Origin: Camelus dromedarius
Lineage: Eukaryota
DNA: 64,000 nucleotides
Direction: 5' to 3'
Assembly: GCF_036321535.1 (NCBI RefSeq)
Contig: NC_087436.1
Coordinates: 123,196,001-123,260,000 of the forward strand
Shown here in pieces: positions 47,291-60,965 of this stretch (position 1 is the stretch's first letter; every line of letters begins with the position of its first letter). Made by a program: the position numbers and the translations under genes. A model generated the notes under the pieces. The model made no database searches. It was not told the DNA's origin and saw only the letters and a list, made by a program, of their open reading frames with translations.

Positions 47291-48652
47291 CTGCAAAAAG
47301 GAAAACGTGCTGTGTAAGGGGAAGGTCTGAGAAGTGCACCTGTCCTGTTGCAGGTACCACAAGCTTTTGCTCACAGAACACAGCCTGTTGTGACAGGACC
47401 CAACACAGGACCCACACAGGACCCAACCCACCCTGCTCGGTGGAACAGCCCATCTGCCTGGGGTGCTGCAGGGAGGTCATGGGGACAGTAGGGCAGGCCT
47501 CACCCTGGACTGCAAGTCCTAAGCTGAGTGACAGCGAGACTGAAGATGTCTGGACCCACATCGTCTCGACAGGGCCTGGGTCAGATGGCTCACCCACCAG
47601 CTCCGGGACCCATCCTTCCAGGCCCTCGTCCTCACCTTCTCAGAGTCAGTTCCTGCTACTTGAACTCAGAGAACCCCAAGGACATATTCCACCAAACCAG
47701 ACATCTAATTTCTCCATGAATTTTCCCGAAATCCAGGGAGTTCCCACTACAACAGTCAATTTTATTGAAATGACAAGGTTGGCATCACAGGGCTATTCCT
47801 TAAATATACTAACTTAAGGCATTTAAAGGTGAAGATGAGGACTTGACGATGTCATTGGTAACTACTCAACATTCATTCTACTAATTGCGTGCAGCTAGTA
47901 CACAATGGAGAGGTGCTGTGAACCTCGTCAGGCCCCGAGAGCCCCACGTGTGAGCAGGGAGAGAGGTGTCGTGAACGACAACACACCAGCTGCTCAGCCA
48001 TGGGCATGTGGGCCGGGGGTATCTGCGGCCCCTGTGACGAGTCCCTGCACTGGGTCCCCTGGGCCCTGGGCGCTGTGGCCTGAAAGGACTGCCCATCTCC
48101 TCCTTGCCGCCCTGCCACCACAACCAGCTGATGCAGGAAGGTGTCAGAGGCTGAAGGCTGTAAGGATTCTAAAGCAAAGTGCCAGTCTTGGAAAGCAAAC
48201 TGCATTTATGAAGCAGAATGAGGATAGGGTCCGAGACTCCTTTTGACCTCCTTGGAGTGTTAAGGGGTTGACGCCTTCCTCCCGGTAACGTCCTTCCCTT
48301 GGCTGCGCTCAAATGCAGCCTCTGATTCAAGCACTTCCCCATCAGTCAGCGGCCCAGCAGCTATGTGCGGTCCCTGGGTACAGTCAGGGGACTTGTCTCT
48401 TCAACTCGGACGGAAGCATGAGACCCGACAACACAGGTCTGAGAGACTGAAGTCAGGGTGCTCAGGGGCCCGGGAGACCTGCTGCTGTGAGCACATCCTG
48501 TTGGCTTCTAGGAAGGGCGTGCCCCTCTCCTCGGCTCCCACCAGCACTGTGCCTGGTCCACACCAGGGGTTCAACCAACGTCTGATCAGCTGAAATAACC
48601 TGAAAAGGCCTACCCAAAAAGACACCGCTGTGTCTGCGGGGCCCAGCCCTAC

Positions 48653-48934
48653 CTGACTCAGAAGCTTCCCACGGGCGAGCGTCTTGGCGAGAGCAGATGC
48701 GACTGCACAGAGCAGCGTGGAGATCAGCACCATCACTCCACCGGCTGCCGGCCACGAGAGGCTGCACAGGTAGCACCGACTGCCAGCAGAGGTGCACACG
48801 ATGACATGCAGGGCCGAGAGAACCAGGAGTACCAGGTAAAAGAGCAGCGAAAACACAGGCGACAAGAGAGGGACGTCCAGCTCAGCCTTGCTGCTCAGCG
48901 CTTGTGGGACGCTGAGCAGGAGCAGGGTGAGAAC
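48653..48934 (-). CDS. PIGG: PIGG exon 8
   Basis: VLTLLLLSVPQALSSKAELDVPLLSPVFSLLFY...KLLSQ. ccag|gtt ... cag|gtaggg. Confidence 0.93.
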
Positions 48935-49295
48935 CTGGAACAGGAACACAACAGCAGTGTCAACGGCTGCTGGGTGTGGAGAAGCCTGCGTAGAAGCAGC
49001 CCATCTCTTGACCCTGTGTCATCGTTCAAATGGCAGAAACTGAAAAGAAAGCAGAAACCCAACACATAGTATTTGTCATGAACTGCCAGGAAGGGGCACC
49101 GAGTGGTGTGGAGCAGGGCCCTGGGACACCTGACGACACTGGGGTGTCAGGACGCCCCACGAAAGTCTAACAAGCAGAGACACTCACTTCTCCCTTTTCA
49201 GAAACACTGATGCTGCATATCCTTCAAACTACAGAATCCTGGCTGTTATACAATTGGCCTGCCAGCCGAGCCCCCACTCCACACGAGGACCGTAC

Positions 49296-49513
49296 CTCCA
49301 GAACCACGACAGTCCCCACCACCATGGAGTAGACATCGTACTGGGCCATCTGTCTGCTCAGGGACAGGCTCAGGGTCCTCAGGGCATCCAAGTACTGCCT
49401 GCGCAGCTTGCTTCCCAGGTTGAAAAGGACTTCTGAGGAGCTCTCCTCCAAGTACAGCCTGATCCAGTTCCCATGCAGCCTCTCTGATACTTTAAACTGC
49501 TCGAATCCAGGGT
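49296..49513 (-). CDS. PIGG: PIGG exon 7
   Basis: DPGFEQFKVSERLHGNWIRLYLEE...YDVYSMVVGTVVVLE. tcag|acc ... gag|gtacgg. Confidence 0.95.
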
Positions 49514-50169
49514 CTGACAAGAAGAGAAGGCGACTTACACAGATCACAGACACGCCACCCACGTTCATTTCACAGCATTCAGTTACTTGCGGCTTGTGGT
49601 AAAGCCTGACACCTGACTGCCCCTTGGGGAGGGGTGGTCAGCGACACCGTCAGTAAAACCGCAACATCTAGCGATGCTGGCCTAGGCTCTGACGCCAGCT
49701 CCTTCCACGGCCTCGGCACACGGCCACGCACAACACCCCGCAACTTGGCCCTGTCTTCCTCTGCCTCCTGCTTACCCCTCTCCCCTTCTCTCTCCACTTG
49801 CTTCCTCAAGGTGCAATGTTAAAATAACCCAGAAAGGCACTGCACTAAGAGGCCCTTGGTTTTACAAAATCTTTCCAACCCTCAGGCACTGAGCACGGAC
49901 TGGGTAGGAGTGGCCTGAAGCCTCCTCCACTGCATCCACTTTTCCGAGGGGGGCAGGCCACCCCCACCCCCACCAGCTCCCTTTTTCCACTGTGTCCCTT
50001 CCTCACAGTCTCTCCTGGGAAGCCCCTCCTACCCCAACGCTGAGCTAAGTCTTCACTTCAGGGCTGGCCACAGCTTGTGGACAGAGCCCAGCCCCGGCAG
50101 CCGCTGGCTCCCTCTTCGGGACAGCAGTGAACCAACCCCTCCTCACACAGCCGCTGAGATCCTCAACTG

Positions 50170-50298
50170 TCGGATGGGTCAGTTCTCAGTTCCTCATTTC
50201 ACTTTACCTTGAGCAGCATTCAACACATCCTCACACCCTCCTTCTTGACATTCTTTCTTTACTTGGCTTCCTCAACAAGCCTGCCCCCCACCCGCGAA

Positions 50299-50352
<54 letters not shown>

Positions 50353-51070
50353 CCTTGCAAACATGTCCTTCCTACAGCCTTCTCTCCCTAGATCATGGCC
50401 ACTGCATCCTTTCACTGCTCAGCTGAGAACCCCAAGTTGTTCCTTACACCTCTGGTTTGCATGCACCTGATACCCAGCGCATCAGCAAATCCTGTTTGCG
50501 CTGCCTTCAAAATGAATTGAGAATTCAACCATCTGTCCCAGATTCCACCACCTGGGCCCGCCCTCCCTCATCTGTCTCTGAAGGCACACGGGCACCTGAA
50601 AGAGTCTCTGCAGATGCAAGGGCAACACTTCAGGCTCTGCGCGAAACCCTGTAGCAGCTCCCACTGAACTTAGAATGGAAGTAAGAAACCTTCCACCCTC
50701 AGGCCTCAGGTCCTTCTGCCTGCCCCCAGTTCACTCTGCTCCAGACACTGCGGCCCCCGGTCACTCCATGAATGTGCCGGCAGGTCCCCAACACTAGACC
50801 TTGCGCCTGCCACGATGCCCCTGCCAGGCTCCCAAGCCAGACTACCCCTACGGCCCTCACCGCCTGCACCCCTCTTCCAGCTTCAGCCTTTTCCTAAGGC
50901 ACCGTCACTGTCCAACACTTACTGCCCCCTCTCTTTCTGTCCTCCCTCCGGACGACTGGCTCTGTGAGGGCAGAGCTCTCGTGCTGTGTTTCCACAGTCT
51001 CGAGTGCTTTCCACAGTCCCTGGCCAAACAGGACACTGAAAAAACTCAACATTTGCTGAATGAGTAAATG
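50170..51070 (+). mobile_element. L2 LINE relic containing a (CA)n microsatellite
   Basis: cagttctcagttcctcat...gcagcattcaacaca...; ends actcaacatttgctgaatgagtaaatg, an L2-type 3' end. Confidence 0.55.
50299..50350 (+). repeat. (CA)n microsatellite with one interruption
   Basis: acacacacacacacaaacacacac...acacac, about 25 units. Confidence 0.95.
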
Positions 51071-51249
51071 TATGAAACAATCAGCTTTAGACAAGTACAT
51101 CTGCAGGCACCACTAGTGGCGACAGTCAGGGCTCTGATCAAACAGAACACACAGCCTGACTGCTGAAGCCCCACCACGGACACACCAGGACAACGCCAGG
51201 CACGCGGAAACACAGTGCAACAGGTGTCAGCAACTGTTAACTGGCTCAC

Positions 51250-51462
51250 CTTTCTTATAAGATGGTACATTCTCTTGCAACAACTTGCTAAGCTGTACTG
51301 TATTTAAATGTAAAAATCTCAGTTGTTCTCTCATTGGTTTTCCTTCTACAACTGGGAACAGGAGACTGCCCACGCTGTTCTCTGGAATCGGCAGACCAAG
51401 CCCTATGGACAGGGTTGCAGCTAAGTCAGTCTGCTGGACACGCTTTGGGTGTCTGATGTCAC
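51250..51462 (-). CDS. PIGG: PIGG exon 6
   Basis: DIRHPKRVQQTDLAATLSIGLGLPIPENSVGSLLFPVVEG..MREQLRFLHLNTVQLSKLLQENVPSYKK. ctag|gtgac ... aaag|gtgagc. Confidence 0.95.
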
Positions 51463-52947
51463 CTAGAAGAAAGGAGACAGTTTAAGTGACAGGCTCGAGG
51501 GTGTGTATGATGGTAGTCACTCCTGAATCTGACCTTCTACAGCAGTGTAAATCAAATCACCCATCTCTACAAACTGTTCCGTGTAGATTCAGACAGAAAT
51601 CACCTCGTTGTCTTCTATGTCAATAAATTTACACAACACTCACTGTACGCGGAGCCTGGTGCCTTCCCCAGAGTAGCACACGTACAAGGGAGGGATACTA
51701 GCACGAGGAACTCTGTAACGTGTGAGTTTTGGAGTGTGGGGTAGACACTGAGGTAGAGGGAGCCCAGTGGATGCAGAGGCACATTCACTTTGGAGAGGTC
51801 AAGTCAACCCCGCTGTCCCTCTGGATTCAGAGCATGCACACAGCCCCCCAGAGAAGCTGATGGGTGAGACCAAGGACAAATGTGAGAACAGGCTGAGGGG
51901 CTGTGGATGACGGGGTCAGGCCACGTGAGGAAAAGCTTGTCACCTGGAGGACCTGTGGGAGGCCCGGATACGGTGAGTAATGGGGAATGCAGCTCAGGAC
52001 AAAGCAATGAGGTAGGCAGGGAGCCTCACGTAGGAGTTTTACTGTATGTGAGGTTCAGCTACTGAAAGGTGGTATGTATGGGAGATGGGGCTGGTCCAGC
52101 GTGTGGAAGGAGCAAAGGAGGACACCAGGCTTCTACCCTAAAGAACGGGGAGTGGGGGGCAGAGCAGAGGTGCAGTTGTCCCATGCACTCCAGGCGTGGG
52201 AGGGCCACACAGGTGCGTCAGCAGGCAGCTGGGCAGACAGTCTAGACAGAGGAAAGAGGAGACAGCTGGAGGGACAGATGTGACAGCTGTGCCCCTCTCA
52301 TGGAAGTAGACGAGGTCCACTGGAGTGAGGAGTGAACGCAGAGTGAAAGAGGCCGCCCAGAAAAAGAGGCGAGGGCACTAAGCCCACAGAGACGACACGG
52401 CCAAGGGAGAGGTCAGAGGGAAACCGGACAAATGGGAGGCCCCAGGGTGGGGGGTCAGCCTGCCCACTGGAACTGAGGGGTCATGAGGGAGGGAGCCAGC
52501 GTCCAGCGTGGGAACACTCGTGAGGCCCGGATCAAGGGTGGGGAGCCAGACGGCCAGCCAAGTGCAAAGGGCTGGTGAATCTGAGCCAGAGAGCCACTGG
52601 CAGGCCCTCGAGCTGGTCCTGTGACTTGCTGACACTGCTATTCAGTATATACGTTCAAATAATGGACACTATTTAAAAGTTTAATTTTTTATGTTTCTCT
52701 CAGTTTGCACACGCAGTTCTGAAGTCTCTAAGCTGCCAGCACTTCTTATTAACAGTTCCAGACACCTAGGCCGTGACATTCACACCAGAAAATTCCTGAA
52801 AAGAATATTTGTATTTGAAGAATCAGGGCAAGAAATGTAAAGTCCAAACCTTGACCGACCCTCACGCTGTTAGTTTTCATCCTCACACCGCTCAGGGTTT
52901 TCAAACTTAAACCGCTTCCAAAAAGGTTGTTTTTAAAACTAAAATCA

Positions 52948-53953
52948 GCTCATACAACTTAATAAGAAAAAAACCAAACAACCCCATCCAAAAATGGGCA
53001 GAAGACCTAAACAAGCATTTCTCCAATGAAGACAGACAAATGGCCAACAGGCACATGAAAAAATGCTCAACATCGCTAATTATCAGAGAAATGCAAATCA
53101 AAACTACAATGAGCTGTCACCTCACACCAGTCAGAACGGCCATCATTTAAAAGTCCACAAACGATAAATGCTGGAGAGGGTGTGGAGAAAAGGAAACCCT
53201 CCGACACTGTTGGTGGGAATGCAGTTTGGTGCAGCCACTGTGGAAAACAGTATGGAGATTCCTCAAAAGACTAAAAATACACTTATCATGTGATCCAGCA
53301 ATTCCACTCCTGGGCATACATCTGGAGGAAACTCTAATTCGAAAACACACATGCCCTATTTACAATAGCCAAGACATGGAAACAACCTAAATGTCCATCG
53401 ACAGATGACTGAATAAAGAAGATTTGGTATATTTATACAGTGGAATAGTACTCTGCCATAAAAAATAATGCCATTTGCAGCAGCATGGATGGACCTGGAG
53501 ATTGTTATTCTAAGTGAATTAAGCCAGAAAGAGAAAGAAAAGTACCATATGATATCACTTGTACGTGGAATCTAAAAAAAAGACAAACGAACTTACTTGC
53601 AAACCAGAAGCTGACTCTCAGACACAGAGAACAAACTTACAGTTGCCGAGGGGGAGAGGGTGGGAGGGGATAAAATGAGAGTTAGAGATTTGCAGATACT
53701 AACTGATATATATAGAATAGATGAACAGCAAGTTTACACTGTAGAGCACAGGAAACTATATTCAATATCTTGTAATAACTTATGGTGAAAAAGAGCATGA
53801 AAATGAATATATGTATGTTCATGTATAACTGAAGCATGGCGCCATATACCAGAAATTGACACAACACTGTAAACTGATTGCACTTCAAAAAAATATATAT
53901 ATATATACACACAAAATAAATAAAGAATCCTAAAAAAAATTAATTGAAAAAAA
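52948..53953 (+). mobile_element. Relatively young 5'-truncated LINE-1 (ORF2 C-terminus, 3' UTR, A-tail) in PIGG intron 5
   Basis: aaaatgggcagaagacctaaacaagcatttctcc...aaatgcaaatcaaaactacaatgag. Perfect 14-bp TSD TAAAACTAAAATCA at 52934-52947 and 53954-53967. Confidence 0.95.
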
Positions 53954-54071
53954 TAAAACTAAAATCAAGTGGTAAAACAAAACAAAACAAATTTATTTAA
54001 ATTAAAAAAAAATCAGACTATAGAAAACGGAGAAAATACAATTTTAGAGTTAAACATCCCCAGAGTCTCAC

Positions 54072-54213
54072 CATGTTTCCTTCCAAATGCAGAGCTGATT
54101 AGGACCAGAGGGGTGTTCACTTCCTCCGGGGAAGAGGCCCCATGACCCCCTGTTTCAGCCATGCCGTGGTCCGCACAAAGAACCAGCAGATTGGGTACCA
54201 AAGTCTCTCTCTC
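54072..54213 (-). CDS. PIGG: PIGG exon 5
   Basis: ERETLVPNLLVLCADHGMAETGGHGASSPEEVNTPLVLISSAF (DHG and GHG metal-ligand motifs). acag|gag ... catg|gtgaga. Confidence 0.95.
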
Positions 54214-55009
54214 CTGTGAGGTAAAGGAAAAGTATTTCCAGTGTACCCAGACCGAGGAAGACATACCATCTTGTTAAGAAAACAACTTCAGATTTTAGTT
54301 TTATTTTATAAATTGTAGCTCTTTCTAAGTGAGTTGGTTTTCCTTTTTTTTAACCTAGGAGCTCATTGCCAGATCAAGGGTCAAAGTCAAGTGAATCATA
54401 AACAAAACAGATGGAATCATGTGGAGGTCAGAGCACAGAAGGGCTGTGTGTTCAGCCTCTCAGGGCAGAGGATCTGGGTTTGGTTTCTGTCTCTGTGACT
54501 CCAAGCTGTAGGAGCCGGGGCCCCCGCCCCCTTGTCTGTCAAACAGAGCCACCCCTGGGGCCCAGCAGCGGCCGCGGCTGCCCCTGGATTTGCCTGCAGG
54601 CTCTGGCTTCCATCACTGCTTCTCAGCCTGGAACACACCTGCACAGGTGGCGCCTTGGCCCTACCACCCCCTTCAATCTCTGCTCACAACTCACACATCC
54701 TCAAGGACCACTGCTCTGAACACACCATTTTAAATTATGGCTTTTCTCTCAGATTCTGTGCCCAGAGAGGGACGGTGGCAGAGGAGGCACTCAGGAAACA
54801 TCTGTGATGAACAGGGAGAGGTAAGAGCTGCTATTCCACAGGGCTGCGGGGAGATGGTGTCAGCACAGGGCACGTGCTCGTAGGTGAGGGCTGCCTGAGT
54901 GCCGGTGGGGGTGAGGTTCACGCAAGGTCACCCGACTTCATGTTAGGAGCTTTACTTCCTCTAGGAAATACTGGCGCCCTGACACCCGAGCCCACTCAGC
55001 GCACCTCAC

Positions 55010-55198
55010 CTCGGACAGCAGCGAGGTGTGGACCTTCATCAGGACGCCGTCCATCTCGCTGAGCTTGTGCCCGATCAGCGGGCTGCTGGGCCCAGAAATG
55101 TGGCCGATGTGGTCCAGCCCGAGGTAGTGGAGGATTAACATGTCCCAGTCCCGCCTTTTTAATACTTTATCCAAATGCCTTGTAACATTATCATCCAC
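55010..55198 (-). CDS. PIGG: PIGG exon 4
   Basis: VDDNVTRHLDKVLKRRDWDMLILHYLGLDHIGHISGP...SLLSE. caag|gtg ... gag|gtgagg. Confidence 0.95.
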
Positions 55199-56465
55199 CT
55201 TGATAGGGGAAAACGTACACATGAAGAGCTCCCTGAAGTCCCCTGAGTTCACCCTTCAAGGGAAAGGGATGTGGTTGTTATAAAAATGAGGGGTTTATGT
55301 TAGGTAACCGGACTCATGGGAGTTTGAAAAGGCATAAAAAAGAAACCCCCAAGTAAAAACTGTCTTTAAAAATGTTTGCATTAGATTAAGCTTTCACTAA
55401 TACTGTTTTTAATGTCTCTAAGCTGTAGATAGGACAAATTACAATTCAAATGAACATGGGCTGTTCTGACAAAACAGTTCCGTGAGGTCACTACCGGAGC
55501 TTAAGCGGAAGTAACCAGTGACCAAGTTCAACAGGTGCCAAGTTGCTGAGGCTACTAAGGGCAGTGAGCTAAGACAGGGCAGCACCCAGAGTGCAGGAGA
55601 GGAGCAGCAGCAGCTGAGGGCATCTCGTGTGCCTACAAGGCTGTTCCGAAGAAGGGACGCAGCCCTCGGTGACTCGCAGTCACAGCCCCCGACAGAGCTT
55701 CAGCCCCGTCGGCCTAACTCTTCAGCCGGCCCCTCCCTCCCCATGAAAAACCTACTACAGAGAGAAGAACTTCAGAGTGTACACACAGGATGGGCAGTAA
55801 CTGCTGTGTTCACACTGCTCGGCCTGGTGTGGCAGGACTGCAGATGTTCCCCCAGGCCCAGCAAGCAGGCAAGGGTGGTGCGAGGCATCCACCCAACGCC
55901 AGCCCAGGTGTGTGGGTGCCTCTGCCCTGTGGGCCTCCCTCCGCCCCTGGGCCAACTTTCTCACTGCAGGTCGAATCACGCTTCTTTTTTCCTTGTTGGA
56001 GGCTGCATGCCCAGCACAGGGCTGCCACCTCTCAGGACCAGCTCCACCCAACTCACTTCTGCCCTCTTGCCACCGCACAGTGAGGAGGATCCCAGACAGA
56101 CCATGGGGTCCTCGGGCTCTGCCTCGTACAGATGCTGCCACCCCATTCTGTCCACTGGCAAAGGCCCCACTCAACTGTCAAAGCTCAGATTGAGCAGTTC
56201 CTCCCAGGAGGCCTCCCCAACCTCGGCACTTGTGAGCAGCAGGTGAGCAGCTGGCCTCGGCTCCGGCTCAGAGCACTACGCTCGCACCTGCGTCAGGATT
56301 TACGTTCCTTGCTTGTAGCTGGTTACGGGAAGGAACGGTTGTTCCAATTCCTCCATACTGTTCCCAACATACTAATAGAAGCCACATACAGAACAATGTT
56401 GCCTCTCACTAAGTAAGAGGGCACCAGGCTCCGTCTCATAGGACATACTTTTCTTAAAAACTGAC

Positions 56466-56675
56466 CTCTGTATAATCTGATACAAAAAATGAGGTTGTTC
56501 CATCATATTCCACAAAATGCTTTGGAAATAATTTCACCCATGTTTCATCTCCATAAAAGACGATTCTTTTCCCAGCTGCTCTTGCCCGTGAGATCACGCT
56601 GTCTTCCAGCAGTGTGGGAGAATTGAGGTTCCTGACGACATCGATGAAGCCAGGGAGGCTCCCTGTCATCAAGGC
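56466..56675 (-). CDS. PIGG: PIGG exon 3
   Basis: ALMTGSLPGFIDVVRNLNSP...FYGDETWVKLFP...FFVSDYTE. gcag|gcc ... gag|gtcagt. Confidence 0.95.
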
Positions 56676-58382
56676 CTGCAGGAGACATTCAGGAATCAGA
56701 CCCCGTAATCAAGTGCAGAGTGGGAACAGGTGCCAAAGATGGTTTCACGAATGAGGCGAGCACAGGGCTGGAGCAACCCCAGGACCCAAAGCTGGGTCAG
56801 TGTTAGGACAAAGAGGGAGAAGCTACAGATACTGGGCAAAACCAGAAAACTCAACAGTGGAGAAGTGACCATACTTTAGCTGACAAGAGGATATAGAGGA
56901 GGCCGCGGGGCAGCCAGACGATGTGGCGGCCACAAAAGCAGCTCTGGATGGTAGGAGCTGGAGCAGACGGCTGAGCGTGTGCACTAAAAACACAGACCCA
57001 CTGTCAGGTCTGCTCCATGTGACAAGCAAACTCCATGCACTAACCCTGAAGGCCGGTGATTCCAGTGTCCACCCCAAGAGAGAACAGCTTCTCACACACT
57101 CAGGGAGGAAAGCAGTCTCCAAACGTGAACTCTCAGAAATTCTCACAGTAAAATGGCCCAGGGGCGCTGGTGGGACCCCGCCCCCGAACTTGGCACCGTT
57201 AATTTCTTGGAGAAGAGGGTGGGTGTGACATGTCCTCACGCCTTTCTATCACAGAATTAAGTCAAAACTTCCCTCATTTTACCACAGTCTAAATATGTCT
57301 CTGTGATCTGCAGTTAGCAGACAACCCATGACACTAGCATTCAGGGGCCTGTGTGATGAAAATAAACAGGAGTGTGGATAATGCCAACAGGCGTAATAAT
57401 TTTGCCAAGACTTCTTTAATAGCAAATTAATACAAATATAAATTAATCCTGGACTTCAGGAATGAGGAGCTCAGCAAATCCTCTCCCCTAAGAACAACGA
57501 CAAAACTGGATAAAACTGCCAAAAACAACCATTTCAGGACTTTGAAAACTCAGCAAGGATATACACAAATTGAAACGTTCTTATTCAAGACAAACTTGAG
57601 AATTTCGGTAAGAGCTATGCGTACCTGTGACGTTTTAACTCGGGCTGCTCCTCTCCCTGACACCCAGCAATGCGGCAGCCATGACAGCCAGGAGGAGCCT
57701 CCCCGATCTTGCCCTCCAGGGAAAAGTCCCCTGCCAGGGATGAGGTGAACACAGGGAAGGCCACCGTCACAGTGCCTGGAGGCTTCTACGCTGGTTGTAG
57801 TAAGAGACCAGCAAAAAACTGAAAAAGGGATCTGGGGAACAGGACAGCTATGATGGACTTCCATGAGCTCCCATGTATTCCTGGAACCCGGAAGGCCGCG
57901 TGCACACACAGGGCTGCACGCACATTCAGGAGAGAACAGAGAGGGCCTGGTCACCTGTTACTTCCAGCTGAACAGAAGGCCCTGCTCAAAAGTGAGAGGC
58001 AGGGCTGACCATAAACTGACTCAGCAGGAGTGTGTGGCACACAGAACCCTGCAAAGGGCGGAAGCCACGCCGCATAATGTGTTAAAGCACAGCCGCTGAC
58101 CAAGCACTGCTTACCACGGAGCCTTGCTGACCCGGGCGACCTCGGCTTAAAAACAACCAAGAATTGAAAAACCAAACAAGCAGAGACATCAGTTATTGAA
58201 CACTTGGACCTTGGCAGAGACAGACTCTCTCAAACTAGTCTGAGCAAGTCAATGAAGCAACAGCAACAGCTATCTCCGCTGGGGCGGAGGTCAGAATCCA
58301 GACTCGAGGCGGGCTGCATGGATGGACATCTGTTAATCTCATCAAACTGTATGGACTGTATAAAAATTCTATCTCAATGAAG

Positions 58383-58488
58383 TTTTTTTTTGTTCTTTTT
58401 TTTTTTTTAAATGGAAGGACTGGGGATTGAACCCAAGACCTTGTGCATGCTAAAAAGGCACTCTGCCACTGAATTATTACCCTCCCTC
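58383..58488 (-). mobile_element. tRNA-derived camelid-type SINE
   Basis: Poly-T, then ctggggattgaacccaagaccttgtgcatgctaa...ctctgccactgaatta (reverse-oriented SINE head). Confidence 0.85.
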
Positions 58489-58878
58489 CTCTGAAGTAAT
58501 TTTTAAAAAAATGTGAGCCTTTCACCCCAAAATTCAACTCCCTAAAGGTAACCAGTTACTTCGAGTGAGTATCCTTTCATACTTTTTTCTGCATGTGTAT
58601 AATCATAAATATACAAAGTATACACTTTTTTTTACCAAAAGGGTAACAAACGATATAAATAATTCTGCAACTTGCTTTTTTCACTTAATAACATATCATG
58701 AACCCCTTTCCACAGAAAACATAACAGGTACTTCATCTTTTGTTTTCAGTAGCTACAAAGCACTCGTGGTTGGATGTATAATGTATTTATCCAAGACCGT
58801 TTTAATGTCTGTTGCTTTTAAAAAGCCTCCAACTGAAGGGCCATTTGAGCTGAGGTGTGGAAGGGGAAGTGTTGTCGA

Positions 58879-58914
58879 GGTGGGGTGAGGTGGGGTGAGG
58901 TGGGGTGAGGTGGG
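58879..58914 (+). repeat. (GGTGGGGTGA)n short tandem repeat, G-quadruplex-capable
   Basis: ggtggggtgaggtggggtgaggtggggtgaggtggg. Confidence 0.85.
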
Positions 58915-60819
58915 CCCTCCCAGGGCGAAGCACAGCAAACGGCAAACACCGCAAGGTGAAAGAGGGCAGCACACGTTAGGGACGGAGCTATGTGTGACCT
59001 GTGTGGATTAAAGACACAGGAAGAGGGGGAGGCTGAAGAGGTAAACAGGCGCAAGGCCACACGGCACCCAGGCCCAGGTGATTAGGCAGCGTGTAAGCCA
59101 CTGAGGATTTTAAGAAGTAGAGCAGTGTGACCCGATCTGTGTTTGGACACATTCTGGGCGAGAAATGGTGCTGGGAGAGTTTTATAGGCCAAGCTGGAGG
59201 CCGCAGTACACTGGACAAGGGTGGAAGTGGTGGGTGTGCTGGCTCAGTCCAGTCATACTCACATCGACAGTACGAGGAGCATTTGTCCACCTCATTTCTT
59301 GTGATGCGTAGGTTATCAACCGTCTGTAAATTTGCACGATGAGATAGACAAAAACCGGCCTTACATATTGTCTTAGTTTGACTTTGATCTGATTACCAGT
59401 GAAGTTAAGAATCTCTTCATATGTTTACTGGCCATTTTCAATTTTTCCTCTGTGGACTTCTTTATACCCTTTGTCCAGCTGTCACTGAGTTGCTGTCTTT
59501 GGTCGGGTCCTCTTTACATACCACAGGGTTAACCCCTTGTTTGTTGTGTTACTGTAATCTTTCCAGTTTATCATTTGTCAGCTGACTTTGTTTTTAGCGC
59601 CTTCTACCACTGAGGGTTTTCTGCTTTCAGGTATTCGAATCTGCCTGTCCTTCCCTCTGGGCTGTTACAAGGCACTTCGCCCCTCACACTGGTTTGGGTT
59701 CACACTGACATTTTCAAAGGGCAGAGACTACCTGGTGTCCCCTGTGCCCCAGGAGACATGCAGGCAGCAGCTGAGTTGCAGCTGAGAGTTCTAGGAAGTC
59801 TAAGTGAGAGCTCAAGTCTGTCATCTTCTTGGAGGTTTTCCAATGACCGCTGCGGCCCATGGGACAGTAGTTTCCTGCCTTCTGAGAATTAAGGAGGGCT
59901 CTACAGAGACCACTGAAAGAGAATGTGAGAATTCCCCATCAGGGAAATGGAGAAGAGAGTGGTGCCTACCTCACGGAGCCCAGCCCTCAGGGCTGCTGTG
60001 AAAGTGCATGAGATACTGCTGCACTATGTGCTCACTGCAGCCAGCGGTCACTGCTCCTTATTATGACTATAAATTCCCCCCAAAAGGAAAGACATTCAAA
60101 AATTAGTTACAAAATTTTAGAAGGAAGCTACTGCAGAATCCTAACATGGGAGAGTGCTACCAGAGATGTTAGTCTTGAAATTTTAAAACTGACGTTTCAT
60201 GACAATTGTATCAACACCTCCAGGTGAACTAAGTCCCTTCCCTGAGTAGAGGCAGGGCAGGGCACACACTCCTTGGCCAGCACCACCCGATCCTATCAAA
60301 TTCCAGAGCTGTGTGACCCTAACTCCAGCACGGACTTCCTGTATTCCAGCTCCTCCTGGATGGAGAATGAGGAGTAAGAACCTACAAGGCACCCACACCA
60401 AAACAAAATTAAACAGAACACTGGTTTGGTGAAAGGTAACAAACTGGAAAAGAGAGGCCCTAGGAAACACCCTGGCCCACGTGCAGGACGGAACAGAACC
60501 TGGAACACGCACGCTCACGATACTTTTTCTTACCAAACTGCCCAGATTCCTAACAGCACTCTCCTCATCAGAATGAAGCAGGAACGGGTGCCTTCCCCAC
60601 TTCTGACAGGACAGATGCGGAAATCAGCAATTCTGATGGTCTGGAGCCCAGGTGCCTTTCTTCCAGCTTTCACAGGACCTGCTTCTACAGAAGGACCGCT
60701 CCCGAGAGGCTGTCCCTGAGCATCCAGACTGAGGATGACCCCACCCATCACTATCACATTCTCCTCCTCGATTTCTTCGATCACATTGGTTGTTTCCTGA
60801 AACTGTTCTGATTACTTAT

Positions 60820-60965
60820 TTGTACACTTACACATTTTCTGTCCCCTCAGTTAGAAAGTAAGCTTCACGAGAATAAGACAGTTGCTGTCTTGTTCTTCAC
60901 TGAACCCTCTGACCTAGAGCAGTGCCTGGCACACAGTGGATGCTCAATAAATATCGCTGAATGAA
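60820..60965 (+). mobile_element. L2 3' end relic
   Basis: tagaaagtaagcttcacgaga...cctagagcagtgcctggcacacagtggatgctcaataaatatcgctgaatgaa. Confidence 0.7.

Noticed and set aside
54160..54180. PIGG CADHG where I recall CGDHG, as a possible catalytic defect
   Set aside because: The metal-ligand Asp and His are retained, the change is small and the whole CDS is intact.
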